Source of the DNA: Bacillota bacterium
Lineage (GTDB): Bacteria; Bacillota; JAAYKD01
Reading direction: 5' to 3'
NCBI GenBank assembly: GCA_963666425.2
Contig: OY762825.2
Coordinates: forward strand, 1,702,143-1,766,142
Length of the DNA stretch: 64,000 nt
Below, in pieces: positions 37,606-46,349 of the stretch. How positions within the stretch are numbered: the stretch's first letter is position 1; the number at the start of each line of letters is the position of its first letter. The position numbers were made by a program, and so were the translations under genes. The notes beneath the pieces are model-generated. The model was not told where the DNA came from and did not search any database. It saw nothing but the letters and a program-made list of their open reading frames with translations.

Positions 37606-38751
37606 TTAAAAAATCTTTCGTTTTCCGGCATCGCAATCGAGCTTACCGATGGTAATCTGAATCGGAAATTCCCGCTGCAGAGCAGTAAAAATACGGTCTT
37701 GTATTTGCTGCGGGCTGAGTAAGGTATCGAGTATGAGGTGTAAGTGATCCTGCTGCCGTTCTGCCCGGTAATTCTTTACCTCGGGTAGAGAAAAGACGGC
37801 TTGGTCCAGCTCATGCACCATCAGCCAGCCCCAAAGTTTTTCCTGCCGCAGCCGCGTTTGTTCTTCATCCAGGCGATAAGGATAGATGTCTGGCAGCAGG
37901 CGGCCGCGATCTCCGGTGCGGTAGCGCAGCAGCGGCATGGCTTCCCGCTGCAGTGTGGTCAGCACGATTTCACCCCAGTCACCCGGCCGTAAAAGCGTAT
38001 CGCTGTTGGGATCGGCAATTTCCAGCTTGATGTACGGGTGGCAGATTTGCAGGCCGGGTCCGTTTTGACAGCGCACCGCGCAGCCAAAGCCGCTTTCGGT
38101 CAGACCATAATGCGGATGTGTGCGGCAATGCCAGGTTTGCTCCAATTCACGCAGCAGCCAGGTAGGTGTATTATCGCCGGTCACCAGCAACGATTTAGGC
38201 CGCAGCTGCGGTGCGGCGCGGCTGAGAACCAGCAGGGGAATGGGATAACCGGCCAGACAATCCGCGTTTTGGGCAGCAAGCGCTGCTGCTGCCGGATTGG
38301 TGATAAAGCCATAGGCTTTGGCCTTTCCGCCAAAACTTGTAATCGCCTGCTCCAGTAAATCGCCCACGCTGTGCTCCGTGGCGCCGGGGAGAAAGAGAAC
38401 AGCCGTTTCACCGGGCTGCATCAACTCCCGCATACCTGCCGAAAAATATTCGATGGTGTGCAGCAAATCTCTTTTAGAAAAAAAGAGGCGTTTGGCTTGG
38501 CCGGTGGTACCGGAAGTGGGCAGCGTGGTGATGCGCGCCACCTGCCGCGGCGGGATGCAGAGAAAGCGCTGCGGATCCGCAATCAATTGGGCGGCGGTGG
38601 TGAAGGATGGAATATCTTGCGCGTAAAAATTCGAACGCTGCGCCTGCTTTATCTGCCGCTGCAGTGCCTGTTGCTGCCAGGCTTCGAGTGCTTGGAAGTC
38701 TGCAATTTGGCAATGCTGCAGCGTCCAATTTTCCACAAAAGATAGGCTCAT
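37606..38751 (-). CDS. adenylate-forming (ANL) ligase, PaaK/F390-synthetase-like
   Basis: AMP-binding P-loop TSGTTGQAKR. A GGAGGGAG RBS precedes the ATG at 38751, and an ATGA start/stop overlap links it to the methyltransferase gene. Confidence 0.7.
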   Translation of the reverse strand: MSLSFVENWTLQHCQIADFQALEAWQQQALQRQIKQAQRSNFYAQDIPSFTTAAQLIADPQRFLCIPPRQVARITTLPTSGTTGQAKRLFFSKRDLLHTIEYFSAGMRELMQPGETAVLFLPGATEHSVGDLLEQAITSFGGKAKAYGFITNPAAAALAAQNADCLAGYPIPLLVLSRAAPQLRPKSLLVTGDNTPTWLLRELEQTWHCRTHPHYGLTESGFGCAVRCQNGPGLQICHPYIKLEIADPNSDTLLRPGDWGEIVLTTLQREAMPLLRYRTGDRGRLLPDIYPYRLDEEQTRLRQEKLWGWLMVHELDQAVFSLPEVKNYRAERQQDHLHLILDTLLSPQQIQDRIFTALQREFPIQITIGKLDCDAGKRKIF

Positions 38752-39341
38752 GACACTCCCTCCAAGATTGCCAAAAAATAGCCGCATTTAGCCTGATGTA
38801 AAGCCGTTCGGTCCAGTTCGGTGTAGATTTGCTGACTGCCCCGCTCCAGAATCCATTGTCCCCAGAACTGCGGCAGCTCTGCGGAATGATCCTGCCAGCT
38901 GAGAAGTCTAAAACCGGCGGCTTGGAAGCGCTGCAGCAGGGTGGAGTGGCTTTCCATTCGGCCCAGCACACCGGAAAAGTCGGCGGGCTGGCCACGGGCG
39001 TAAAAATCAGAGATCAGCAATTTCCCGTCTGCTTTTAAGACACGGTGGGCTTCGCTCAAAGCAAGCTCCGGAGCAGTGATTTTAGAAAAGCTGCATTCGA
39101 ACAGCAGACCATCAAAGCTGCTCTGCGCAAAAGGCAGAGCGGCGGCATCCGCCTGCATCACACCGGCAGCAGGCAGCAAATCTACCCCAATCGCCTGATA
39201 GCCTAAATCCGTCAGCAAGGCAACGGTAGCGCCTGTACCGCAGCCGATATCCAAAAGACGGGCTGCCGGAGGAAATTGACTGGTTGCCAAACCCTGGCGG
39301 GTCAAAGCCAAGCCACCCGGACGGCAGACGCTCAGTTCCAT
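38748..39341 (-). CDS. class I SAM-dependent methyltransferase
   Basis: Motif I LLDIGCGTGATV. It overlaps the radical SAM gene by 10 nt. Confidence 0.8.
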   Translation of the reverse strand: MELSVCRPGGLALTRQGLATSQFPPAARLLDIGCGTGATVALLTDLGYQAIGVDLLPAAGVMQADAAALPFAQSSFDGLLFECSFSKITAPELALSEAHRVLKADGKLLISDFYARGQPADFSGVLGRMESHSTLLQRFQAAGFRLLSWQDHSAELPQFWGQWILERGSQQIYTELDRTALHQAKCGYFLAILEGVS

Positions 39342-40687
39342 GGCGTTAAGTAGTGGGCGCAGAAGGGGATCAATTTGCCTTGAGCGTAAACATGCAGGCT
39401 GCAGCGCTGCAGGCGTTCCAGATCGATCGTACCGGCATCCTGAAAGGCCATGGCGGTGATCGTGAAGCCATGCGAACGCACGCGTTGGGCGAAATAATCC
39501 AAATCCTGCAGATCTCCGGGCTTGCCGTCTGGCGGACGCGCTGCCGGGCTATGTTGCCGCAGTAAGTTCGTTTTCTTGCTCTGCGGTGCTTCGCTGTTTG
39601 GGAAAACCGATTTTTCCCGCAGCCAGCGTCGGGCAACGAAATTGCGATTCTGTGCCGCTGTCGCCGGTTTGGCGCCAGCGCAGCTGCAGTTGGGGGCTGC
39701 CTGAGAAAGAGCTCTTGGCTGCTGGTTTTCGTCGATCACGAAGTCACCGTGGAAACCACAGAGCGGATGGTCGCAGCGGGAAGGAAGCAAATTCTTCACT
39801 TTTACCTGACCAGTCGTCTGCCGTTCGATTTCCACGAGCAAGCTATCCAGAGTCAGGCGGTCTTCGTCTTGCGGCGGCTGCGGAATGCGGCCGAAATAGC
39901 TGACAGGCTGAAAGTGCACGCCGCGGATGGCCGGGGAGTTGGCAAAAGCAAACTGCAGCATGCTGCCGATGGCATCGACGTTCACCCCCGGTACCAGAGT
40001 CGGCACCAGTGTGACACCAATCTGTTCCGCAGCACAATTTTTGATGGCCTGCAGTTTTCGTTCCAGCAGCGGCTTACCGCGCAATTGCTGATAAATGCTG
40101 TCCTGCAGACCGTCGAATTGCAAAAAAACAAAAGATAAACCCGCTTCGGCAAGCGCATGAACATAAGCGGGGGATTCAGCCAAACGAATGCCGTTGCTAT
40201 TCAGTTGGATATAACGAATACCGGCGCTTTTAGCTGCGGCAATGATTTGCGGCAAGTCGTCGCGCAGGGTTGGCTCTCCGCCGGACAGTTGCAGCAGCAT
40301 CTGACCCGGTTCAGCGATTTTTTGCATGGCGTCCAGCAATTCCGCAAAGGCAACATCGCTGCCACCGCCGCCCGCAGCGAAGCAAAAAGGGCAGAGCAGA
40401 TTACAGCGTCCGGTCACTTCCAAAACCACACAGCAGGTTCCCTGCCGATGTTCGCCACAAAGGCCGCAGGCAGTGGGGCAGGGAGGCGCTTGCTCCAGTT
40501 CCGGCAAATTACCGCGCCATTTGTCGATATCAAGTTGGTTGCGCCAAATCGGCGCCGAAAAAAACCCGTGTTGGGGGCACGTTTTTTGCAAGGTAATTTC
40601 TCCGTGTTCATCCTGCACCTGTTCGGCCGGCAGCTGCCGCAGACAGACGGGACAGAGACTGTAGGTATGGCGGATCACTCTGCCCAT
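39332..40687 (-). CDS. radical SAM protein with N-terminal zinc-ribbon (TrsS-like as far as I can recall)
   Basis: N-terminal CPVC...CPQHG, a radical SAM triad CNLLCPFC, and a long C-terminal extension ending ...RCSLHVY...PFCAHY. Confidence 0.8.
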   Translation of the reverse strand: MGRVIRHTYSLCPVCLRQLPAEQVQDEHGEITLQKTCPQHGFFSAPIWRNQLDIDKWRGNLPELEQAPPCPTACGLCGEHRQGTCCVVLEVTGRCNLLCPFCFAAGGGGSDVAFAELLDAMQKIAEPGQMLLQLSGGEPTLRDDLPQIIAAAKSAGIRYIQLNSNGIRLAESPAYVHALAEAGLSFVFLQFDGLQDSIYQQLRGKPLLERKLQAIKNCAAEQIGVTLVPTLVPGVNVDAIGSMLQFAFANSPAIRGVHFQPVSYFGRIPQPPQDEDRLTLDSLLVEIERQTTGQVKVKNLLPSRCDHPLCGFHGDFVIDENQQPRALSQAAPNCSCAGAKPATAAQNRNFVARRWLREKSVFPNSEAPQSKKTNLLRQHSPAARPPDGKPGDLQDLDYFAQRVRSHGFTITAMAFQDAGTIDLERLQRCSLHVYAQGKLIPFCAHYLTPWN

Positions 40688-40887
40688 TATTTATCCTCCA
40701 GTTCCTGCTCTACTTCCGCCATGCGTCCGCGCGCCAGTTCTTCCGGAATGTAAACCAGACCGCAGACGGGGCAGGTGGGAATATCGGTAAAAAAGCTGTG
40801 ACCCAGATAATGAAAGAACGTTTTTTTCGGCTGCAGCGCTACCTTGCAGCGGTAACAGATCAATTTCTTGGCGGTTGGTTCTGGCAT
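40687..40887 (-). CDS. 66-aa Cys4 zinc-ribbon / rubredoxin-like small redox protein
   Basis: CYRC...(27 aa)...CPVC. An AGGAGA RBS is present, and its TAA stop overlaps the ATG of the radical SAM gene (TAATG). Confidence 0.6.
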   Translation of the reverse strand: MPEPTAKKLICYRCKVALQPKKTFFHYLGHSFFTDIPTCPVCGLVYIPEELARGRMAEVEQELEDK

Positions 40888-40888
40888 T

Positions 40889-43105
40889 TTATGATTCTCC
40901 TAAGCTCATGCGGTGGCAGTAAGCATTTTCTAAGCAGCAGCCGTCGGCTGTCAATCGGTATTCGACCCAAAATGTCATTTGTCCGATTTGCAGGTGGCCA
41001 AAGCAAAGACCGCTTTCATCCATCGCTTTTTCGCCGCTTGTTTCGCAGTGACGGATCACAGCTTCGACATCCTCCAGCAAAATCAAATCACGGTGCAATT
41101 TTTCCGTCGTTTCCGGTGTAAGCCGGAGCTGCAGTCGGTTTTCTGACATGGGTGTTTCCTCCCCGAAAAATTCGTGTAAGAGTGTTTGCTTCAGCAGCCG
41201 ACGATTCTGGCGGCTCTCGCTGGCTGTGGGTGCCCTGCGATAGGCGGCTTCTTGGTCGGTGTGCCGGTTGAGAGCAAAGAGCAGATCGAGCAGATGATAG
41301 GCCGGTTTGCCCGCTCCGGCAAAAACATCGCGGCAGTTTGCACAGTAGGTGAGATACGGCAGTTCGCTCCTGGCAGCGCGATCGCGCACGACCGAAGCAA
41401 AATAAGCTGGATTGGCAATGGAAACCTGTCCGCCCCAACCACAGCAGAGCGGTAATTCCGCCTCATCTTCGATTTGGTAACCGGCTCTTTTTACCAAAGC
41501 GCGGACGCTCCCGTGTAATTCCGGATCTCCTTCCGATTGACAGGGGTCAAAGACCGCCAGCCGGGCTGCTTCTGCGGCGGTGATCGGCGGTTGAAAATCG
41601 TGCTGTTCCATCACCTGATAGAGCATGCGGCTTTCGATTTCCGGCAGAAATTGCCGGAAGATACTGCGGCAGCTGACGCAGGCAAAGATGGCAATCGGCC
41701 GACCGAAAGCCAGCCATTGCCGTCGGATCTGTTCTACCGTGCTCTGCAGGAGGGCCTGATCACCGGCCCAGAGCGCTGGCGCTCCGCAGCAGCCGGTGAA
41801 GATTGCCGTATCGGGTTCCACACTTAAAAGATAGCGATAACTCTCCGTGACATAACGCGGATCCGAACCGCCCAGACGGCAGCCGGGAAAGAAGAAGTAG
41901 CTGGTTTTTTTGCTCTGCGCGGCCGGACGAACCAGAGCAGAGTCCGCTCCGTTGGAAAACTCCAGATCCCGCAGCCAGAAAGCATGGAAAGGCCAGGGCA
42001 TGGCGCCTTTTTCCTGCATGCTGCGATGACTTTGTAAGAGAAAAGCGCCGGTATCAATGCCTTGCGGACAGACGGTTTTACAGACGTCGCAATGATTGCA
42101 GGTTGCGATCAGCCGAGTAGCCACCGTGCCGTTGCCATCCAGCGTACCGGGGTGAATCGTGACCTCCACCTCTTCCTCGATACGGCCGGGCGATTTGCCG
42201 TAATAACGCATCAGGTCACAGTGCTGCAGACAGGCATCGCATTGACATTTCAGACAGCGCTTGGCTTCTTGGACTGCCTGGTCTCGTGTAAAATCGCCGT
42301 CGGTAACAGCGGGCAGCGCCAGGGGAATGGATCTGGCATCCATGACCAGTTTGGTCTCCTGCCTGGCTTCCGGTGAGCGCATCAGCCCGGTTTTCAGGTA
42401 AGCTTCGATCACACCGGCCATCCTCAAGCCGGTGGCAATGGCGTCGGCCGGCTGTTCACCGCCGCCCAGAAAAACACCGTCTTGCCCGCTGACTCCAGCC
42501 GGGCCGCCAAAACCAAAACGATTGCCCTGTGGACCGATTGCGATATAAATCGCGTCGGCTGTGATCGTCGCAAGATCAGTAATTTCGCAATTCAGCTTCA
42601 GCTCATAATGTTCATAGCTAAATTGCAGCTCGAGATCGGGTAAAAATTGTTCCGGCGGCAGCAGATCCCAGAGGCAGCCACCGATGCGATTGCTCTTTTC
42701 ATAGAGGACAACCTCGTACTTGCGGGCGGTCAGCCGCAGCGCACAGGCAAGACCATCCGGTCCTGCGCCAATGATAGCAATTTTTTTATTTTTCGCCGGC
42801 AGCTGATACTGATTTGGTTGGCGATTGGCAGCGTAGGCAACCGCCGCTTGTTCCAATTTGCCCAGCAGCACAGCTTCGTCTTTTTCTTGGCGGATACAGG
42901 CAGCTGCGCAAGGCCGATGGCAGATCTGGGCAACAATCGCCGGAAAGCCGACCGTATTCTGGAACAGTCGATAAGCACTATTGAAGCTGCCGCGCTGCAG
43001 GCGGCTGATCAAGTCGCGCACATCCAGCCCGAAAGGACAGACAGATGAGCAAAACGGTGGTTCTTCCCGCAGACAATTTTTCAGTGTTTCTTTGAAATCA
43101 CGCAT
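40889..43105 (-). CDS. multidomain flavo-Fe-S oxidoreductase: GltD-like pyridine-nucleotide module, 2x[4Fe-4S] ferredoxin, two CCG (HdrD/HdrB-type) domains
   Basis: Dinucleotide fold KIAIIGAGPDGLACA. Cys clusters CLKCQCDACLQHC and CNHCDVCKTVCP. CCG motifs FFFPGC...TGCCGAP and FDPC...LCCGWGG. Confidence 0.75.
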   Translation of the reverse strand: MRDFKETLKNCLREEPPFCSSVCPFGLDVRDLISRLQRGSFNSAYRLFQNTVGFPAIVAQICHRPCAAACIRQEKDEAVLLGKLEQAAVAYAANRQPNQYQLPAKNKKIAIIGAGPDGLACALRLTARKYEVVLYEKSNRIGGCLWDLLPPEQFLPDLELQFSYEHYELKLNCEITDLATITADAIYIAIGPQGNRFGFGGPAGVSGQDGVFLGGGEQPADAIATGLRMAGVIEAYLKTGLMRSPEARQETKLVMDARSIPLALPAVTDGDFTRDQAVQEAKRCLKCQCDACLQHCDLMRYYGKSPGRIEEEVEVTIHPGTLDGNGTVATRLIATCNHCDVCKTVCPQGIDTGAFLLQSHRSMQEKGAMPWPFHAFWLRDLEFSNGADSALVRPAAQSKKTSYFFFPGCRLGGSDPRYVTESYRYLLSVEPDTAIFTGCCGAPALWAGDQALLQSTVEQIRRQWLAFGRPIAIFACVSCRSIFRQFLPEIESRMLYQVMEQHDFQPPITAAEAARLAVFDPCQSEGDPELHGSVRALVKRAGYQIEDEAELPLCCGWGGQVSIANPAYFASVVRDRAARSELPYLTYCANCRDVFAGAGKPAYHLLDLLFALNRHTDQEAAYRRAPTASESRQNRRLLKQTLLHEFFGEETPMSENRLQLRLTPETTEKLHRDLILLEDVEAVIRHCETSGEKAMDESGLCFGHLQIGQMTFWVEYRLTADGCCLENAYCHRMSLGES

Positions 43106-43125
43106 TTTTGCTCCTTTGGCTTGCT

Positions 43126-43169
43126 AAAAAAAGGAGAGGATCATTCACTTTTGTGAATCATCCTCTCCT
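43126..43169 (-). terminator. intrinsic terminator between mop and the accessory operon
   Basis: On the minus-strand RNA, AGGAGAGGAUGAUUCAC-AAAA-GUGAAUGAUCCUCUCCU forms a stem of 16 bp plus one G.G mismatch, followed by U7. The next RBS and ATG (43105) start about 10 nt after the U run. Confidence 0.7.
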
Positions 43170-43291
43170 CGTATTTTGAGAAGCGATGAAACGGAAGTGA
43201 GTTACACAACCGTTTACAAACGCAGCGGCATAGGGCCTGGCGGCGTCGATTTTTAAGATCAACCATTCAGAAGGGGATCAATCTCACCCGT

Positions 43292-46207
43292 TTAGAAGAA
43301 TTTTTCAGCGCCTTCACCCAGTGCTACAAAGTGGTCGATTTTACCCACTTTGACAGGATTGGCTTTGATGTTGTCCAGTTCTTCATAAAGATCGGAGCCG
43401 AGGAAGTATTTTTTAGGTGTGATCTGGCCGCCGGCGGCTAAGAGATCGAGACCGGCCTTGACTTTGGCCGGCAAAGCGGGCATTTCATAAATGCGCACCC
43501 CACAGGCGTTATAGATGGCGTTCAGGACGGCAACATGGCCGGCAGATTGATAAGCCTCGGATGCGCCGGAAGAGCCGAACGGTCCGACTTCATCGGGACG
43601 TTCGTAATGGATGACATTGATCTCATCCGGAATGTCTTTGATATATGGCACGCCGCTGGTCAGGTGGTTGGTGTGCTTTTTCACATCATCGTAATTTTCG
43701 CTTAAGGCAAAACCGATCGAATGAGAAATGCCGCCGTAAGCCTGGCCGTTGACTGCATCGATATTACCGATTTTACCAACGTCATCGACGACTGTGAAAC
43801 GCAGAACGGTCGTCTTGCCGGTGGCGGTATCCACTTCTACTTCCGCCAGGTTCAAGCAGTAAGTATAGGCTGGATTGGGATCACCGATGCCGGTATTGGG
43901 ATCGAGACGGCAGAGACCGGCAACGCTTGTATTGGAATAAGTGCCTTCATATTTGGTGGGAATGCCTTCCGCAATCATTTCTTCGTAGGTGCGGTAAGTG
44001 CCGTCCGGTTTGGTCATGGCTTTGATCAGTTTTTCTGCCGCGATCCGGGTCGCATTGCCGCTCATGAAGTGCGTGCGGCTGGCGCCGGACATGCCGCTGT
44101 CGGGGCACTCTTTGGTATCATTCTGAATCAAACGGATTTGATCCGGTTTGACGCCCAGCGGTTTCAGAGATTCCAGGGTCAGCATCAGGGAGCCGATATC
44201 GCCGCCCTGACCCAATTCCTGATAGGTATCATATTTATAGAACATTTGATTCGGCGCGATTTCAATGGCAGCGGAGGCTTTGTCGGTACCGCCTTCGGTC
44301 ACATTGAAACCACCCCAGGCCAAACCAACGCCGCGGCGTTTGGCCGCCGTGCTGGCAGCTTTGGCTTGCGCCACCGCTGTATCGTAGTAAGGCTTCATCA
44401 TTTTCATAATGGCTTCCATCGGATATTGCCGATAGGGATAACTGTTGGTATTGGTCTGACCTTCCCGGGCAATGTTGCGCCAGCGGAATTCAAAAGGATC
44501 AATCCCGGCTTTGGCAGCCAGCATATCCATCATCGCTTCGGAATGCGTGTAGGCCTGGGGAGAACCATAACCGCGGTAAGCGGTGCCAAAATTATGATTG
44601 GTGTTGGCAATCCGCGCCAATCCGGCCACATTGGGCACATAGTAGGGGAAATAAGCGAAACGTGGCAGTTTGGTCATCAAATCATCGCCGCCCCAGGAGT
44701 AAGCGCCATGATCGATGCCGTAATCGAATTCGGCAGCCGTGATTTTACCGTTGCTGTCGCAGGCAAGACGGCCGTTGGAGTAAGCCGGGCAACGTTTGCC
44801 GCTGAAATGCTGATGTTCTTCATAAGTCATGGAGAGTGCAACCGGCATTTTCGTCACCACAGCGGCAGCGCCGGCTAGGACCAGATCACCCGCATTGGTG
44901 GACCAGCCAAAAGAAGCGCCGGTCGGGTTCATAATCACCCGCATTTTCGCCTTCGGCACGCCTAGAGAATTACCGATGCGGCCGAGAGAAGAATAAACAC
45001 CCTGGGATTTGCACTGGAAAGTCAGGTTGTCTTCTTCATCAAAGTAGGCTTGAATGGTATCGCCTTCCACGGAAAGATGAGGTTCGCGGGTGGAATAGTA
45101 ACTGCCTTCTACGCTGTAGGCCGCATGATCAATCAGGTCGGCTACTTTGCCGGCATCTTCCAGGCCAACCCCTTTGAGTACGGGCTGCATGGCGAATATA
45201 TTCGGTGTGTCCTGATGAATCCGCATGGCATCCGGCATGACGGCATCGAGATAGCTTAAATACTCCGGTAATTTTTCCAATTCAACCTTTACTTTGGCAG
45301 CGGCGGCACGGGCATGATCTTTGGTATCGGCTACAACCAACGCTACAACATCGCCATAGCGATAAATTTTATCTTCACACAAAACTTTGCGGCTGGGTAC
45401 CATAACGGTGGTGCGCTCATGGAACTGACCTTCCGCCATGATATTGGAACCGCCGGCGGCTTTTAACTCTTTGGCTGTGATGACTTTAACGACGCCGGGC
45501 ATTTGCTCAGCTGCATCAAAATCTATTTTTAAGATTTTAGCGTGATGCGCCAAACGCGGTTGGACCATCACGGCATGCAGACTTTCTGCCGGCATCTTTA
45601 ACTCCTGATCATCGCCGTAATCAGCCAGACCACAGACTTTTGCCAAGGCAGTGGGGCGTACCAGGGGTTTGCCGTAATATTCATTATCGGTAGGCAATTG
45701 GAAGGTAATCTCTTCGATGGTAGCCTCACCGCGCATCACTGTGGCAGCCGCGATAACGGCATCCACCAGTTGCTTATAACCGGTGCAGCGGCAGACGTTG
45801 CGATGTTGTTGGAACCAATCGCGCACCTCTTCCCGGCTGGGATTGCAGTTTTTCAATAATAAAGCATAAGAGGAGACAATAAAGCCCGGGGTGCAGAAAC
45901 CGCATTGTACCGCGCCGCAATTCATCCAGGCAACCTGCAGGGGATGCAGATGCGTGGGGGTACCGATTCCTTCAATGGTGATGACTTTGCTGTATTCTTT
46001 GATCGTCTTGATTTTGCGGACACAGGAACGAATCAGTTCACCGTCCAGAACAACCGAGCAGGAACCGCAGACACCGGTACCACAGCCGACTTTTACGCCG
46101 GTGAGACCAATTCTGCGCAGAATATCAGCAAGAGAATCTTTTTCCGGATCGCAAAGGAACATCCGATTTGCGCCGTTGATATTCAGCCACATCTTACGTA
46201 ACTTCAT
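43292..46207 (-). CDS. molybdopterin-dependent aldehyde oxidoreductase (Mop type: 2x[2Fe-2S] + Moco domains, no FAD domain)
   Basis: N-terminal plant-type and second [2Fe-2S] motifs GCGTGVCGSCSV and CGFCTPGF...CRCTGY. A large xanthine-oxidase-family Moco domain (971 aa total) follows directly, with no FAD domain between. A GGAGG RBS is present. Confidence 0.85.
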   Translation of the reverse strand: MKLRKMWLNINGANRMFLCDPEKDSLADILRRIGLTGVKVGCGTGVCGSCSVVLDGELIRSCVRKIKTIKEYSKVITIEGIGTPTHLHPLQVAWMNCGAVQCGFCTPGFIVSSYALLLKNCNPSREEVRDWFQQHRNVCRCTGYKQLVDAVIAAATVMRGEATIEEITFQLPTDNEYYGKPLVRPTALAKVCGLADYGDDQELKMPAESLHAVMVQPRLAHHAKILKIDFDAAEQMPGVVKVITAKELKAAGGSNIMAEGQFHERTTVMVPSRKVLCEDKIYRYGDVVALVVADTKDHARAAAAKVKVELEKLPEYLSYLDAVMPDAMRIHQDTPNIFAMQPVLKGVGLEDAGKVADLIDHAAYSVEGSYYSTREPHLSVEGDTIQAYFDEEDNLTFQCKSQGVYSSLGRIGNSLGVPKAKMRVIMNPTGASFGWSTNAGDLVLAGAAAVVTKMPVALSMTYEEHQHFSGKRCPAYSNGRLACDSNGKITAAEFDYGIDHGAYSWGGDDLMTKLPRFAYFPYYVPNVAGLARIANTNHNFGTAYRGYGSPQAYTHSEAMMDMLAAKAGIDPFEFRWRNIAREGQTNTNSYPYRQYPMEAIMKMMKPYYDTAVAQAKAASTAAKRRGVGLAWGGFNVTEGGTDKASAAIEIAPNQMFYKYDTYQELGQGGDIGSLMLTLESLKPLGVKPDQIRLIQNDTKECPDSGMSGASRTHFMSGNATRIAAEKLIKAMTKPDGTYRTYEEMIAEGIPTKYEGTYSNTSVAGLCRLDPNTGIGDPNPAYTYCLNLAEVEVDTATGKTTVLRFTVVDDVGKIGNIDAVNGQAYGGISHSIGFALSENYDDVKKHTNHLTSGVPYIKDIPDEINVIHYERPDEVGPFGSSGASEAYQSAGHVAVLNAIYNACGVRIYEMPALPAKVKAGLDLLAAGGQITPKKYFLGSDLYEELDNIKANPVKVGKIDHFVALGEGAEKFF

Positions 46208-46349
46208 TTTTTTACCTCCATAATTTGATTTTTAAAAGAAGAACCCAAGTTAATTTCATTCTATTTCGGCAGGATGTTTGTGTCTACCGTAAAAATCGTT
46301 AAAGGCTTGACTGAAAATTGGGTCTTAGGGGGAAAATGTGATGAATCTG

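Noticed and set aside
36849-40687. Selenocysteine (TGA) recoding in the radical SAM and C-GCAxxG-C-C genes, since both families are said to have selenoprotein members.
   Set aside because: Both ORFs are continuous with Cys at the candidate positions. There is no in-frame TGA and no obvious SECIS-like hairpin.
46208-46349. A Moco riboswitch or other structured leader upstream of mop. There is a possible long-range pairing AAGACCCAA / TTGGGTTCTT.
   Set aside because: The region is only about 140 nt, the pairing is imperfect, and I cannot recognise the conserved Moco-motif core by eye. It needs an Rfam scan.
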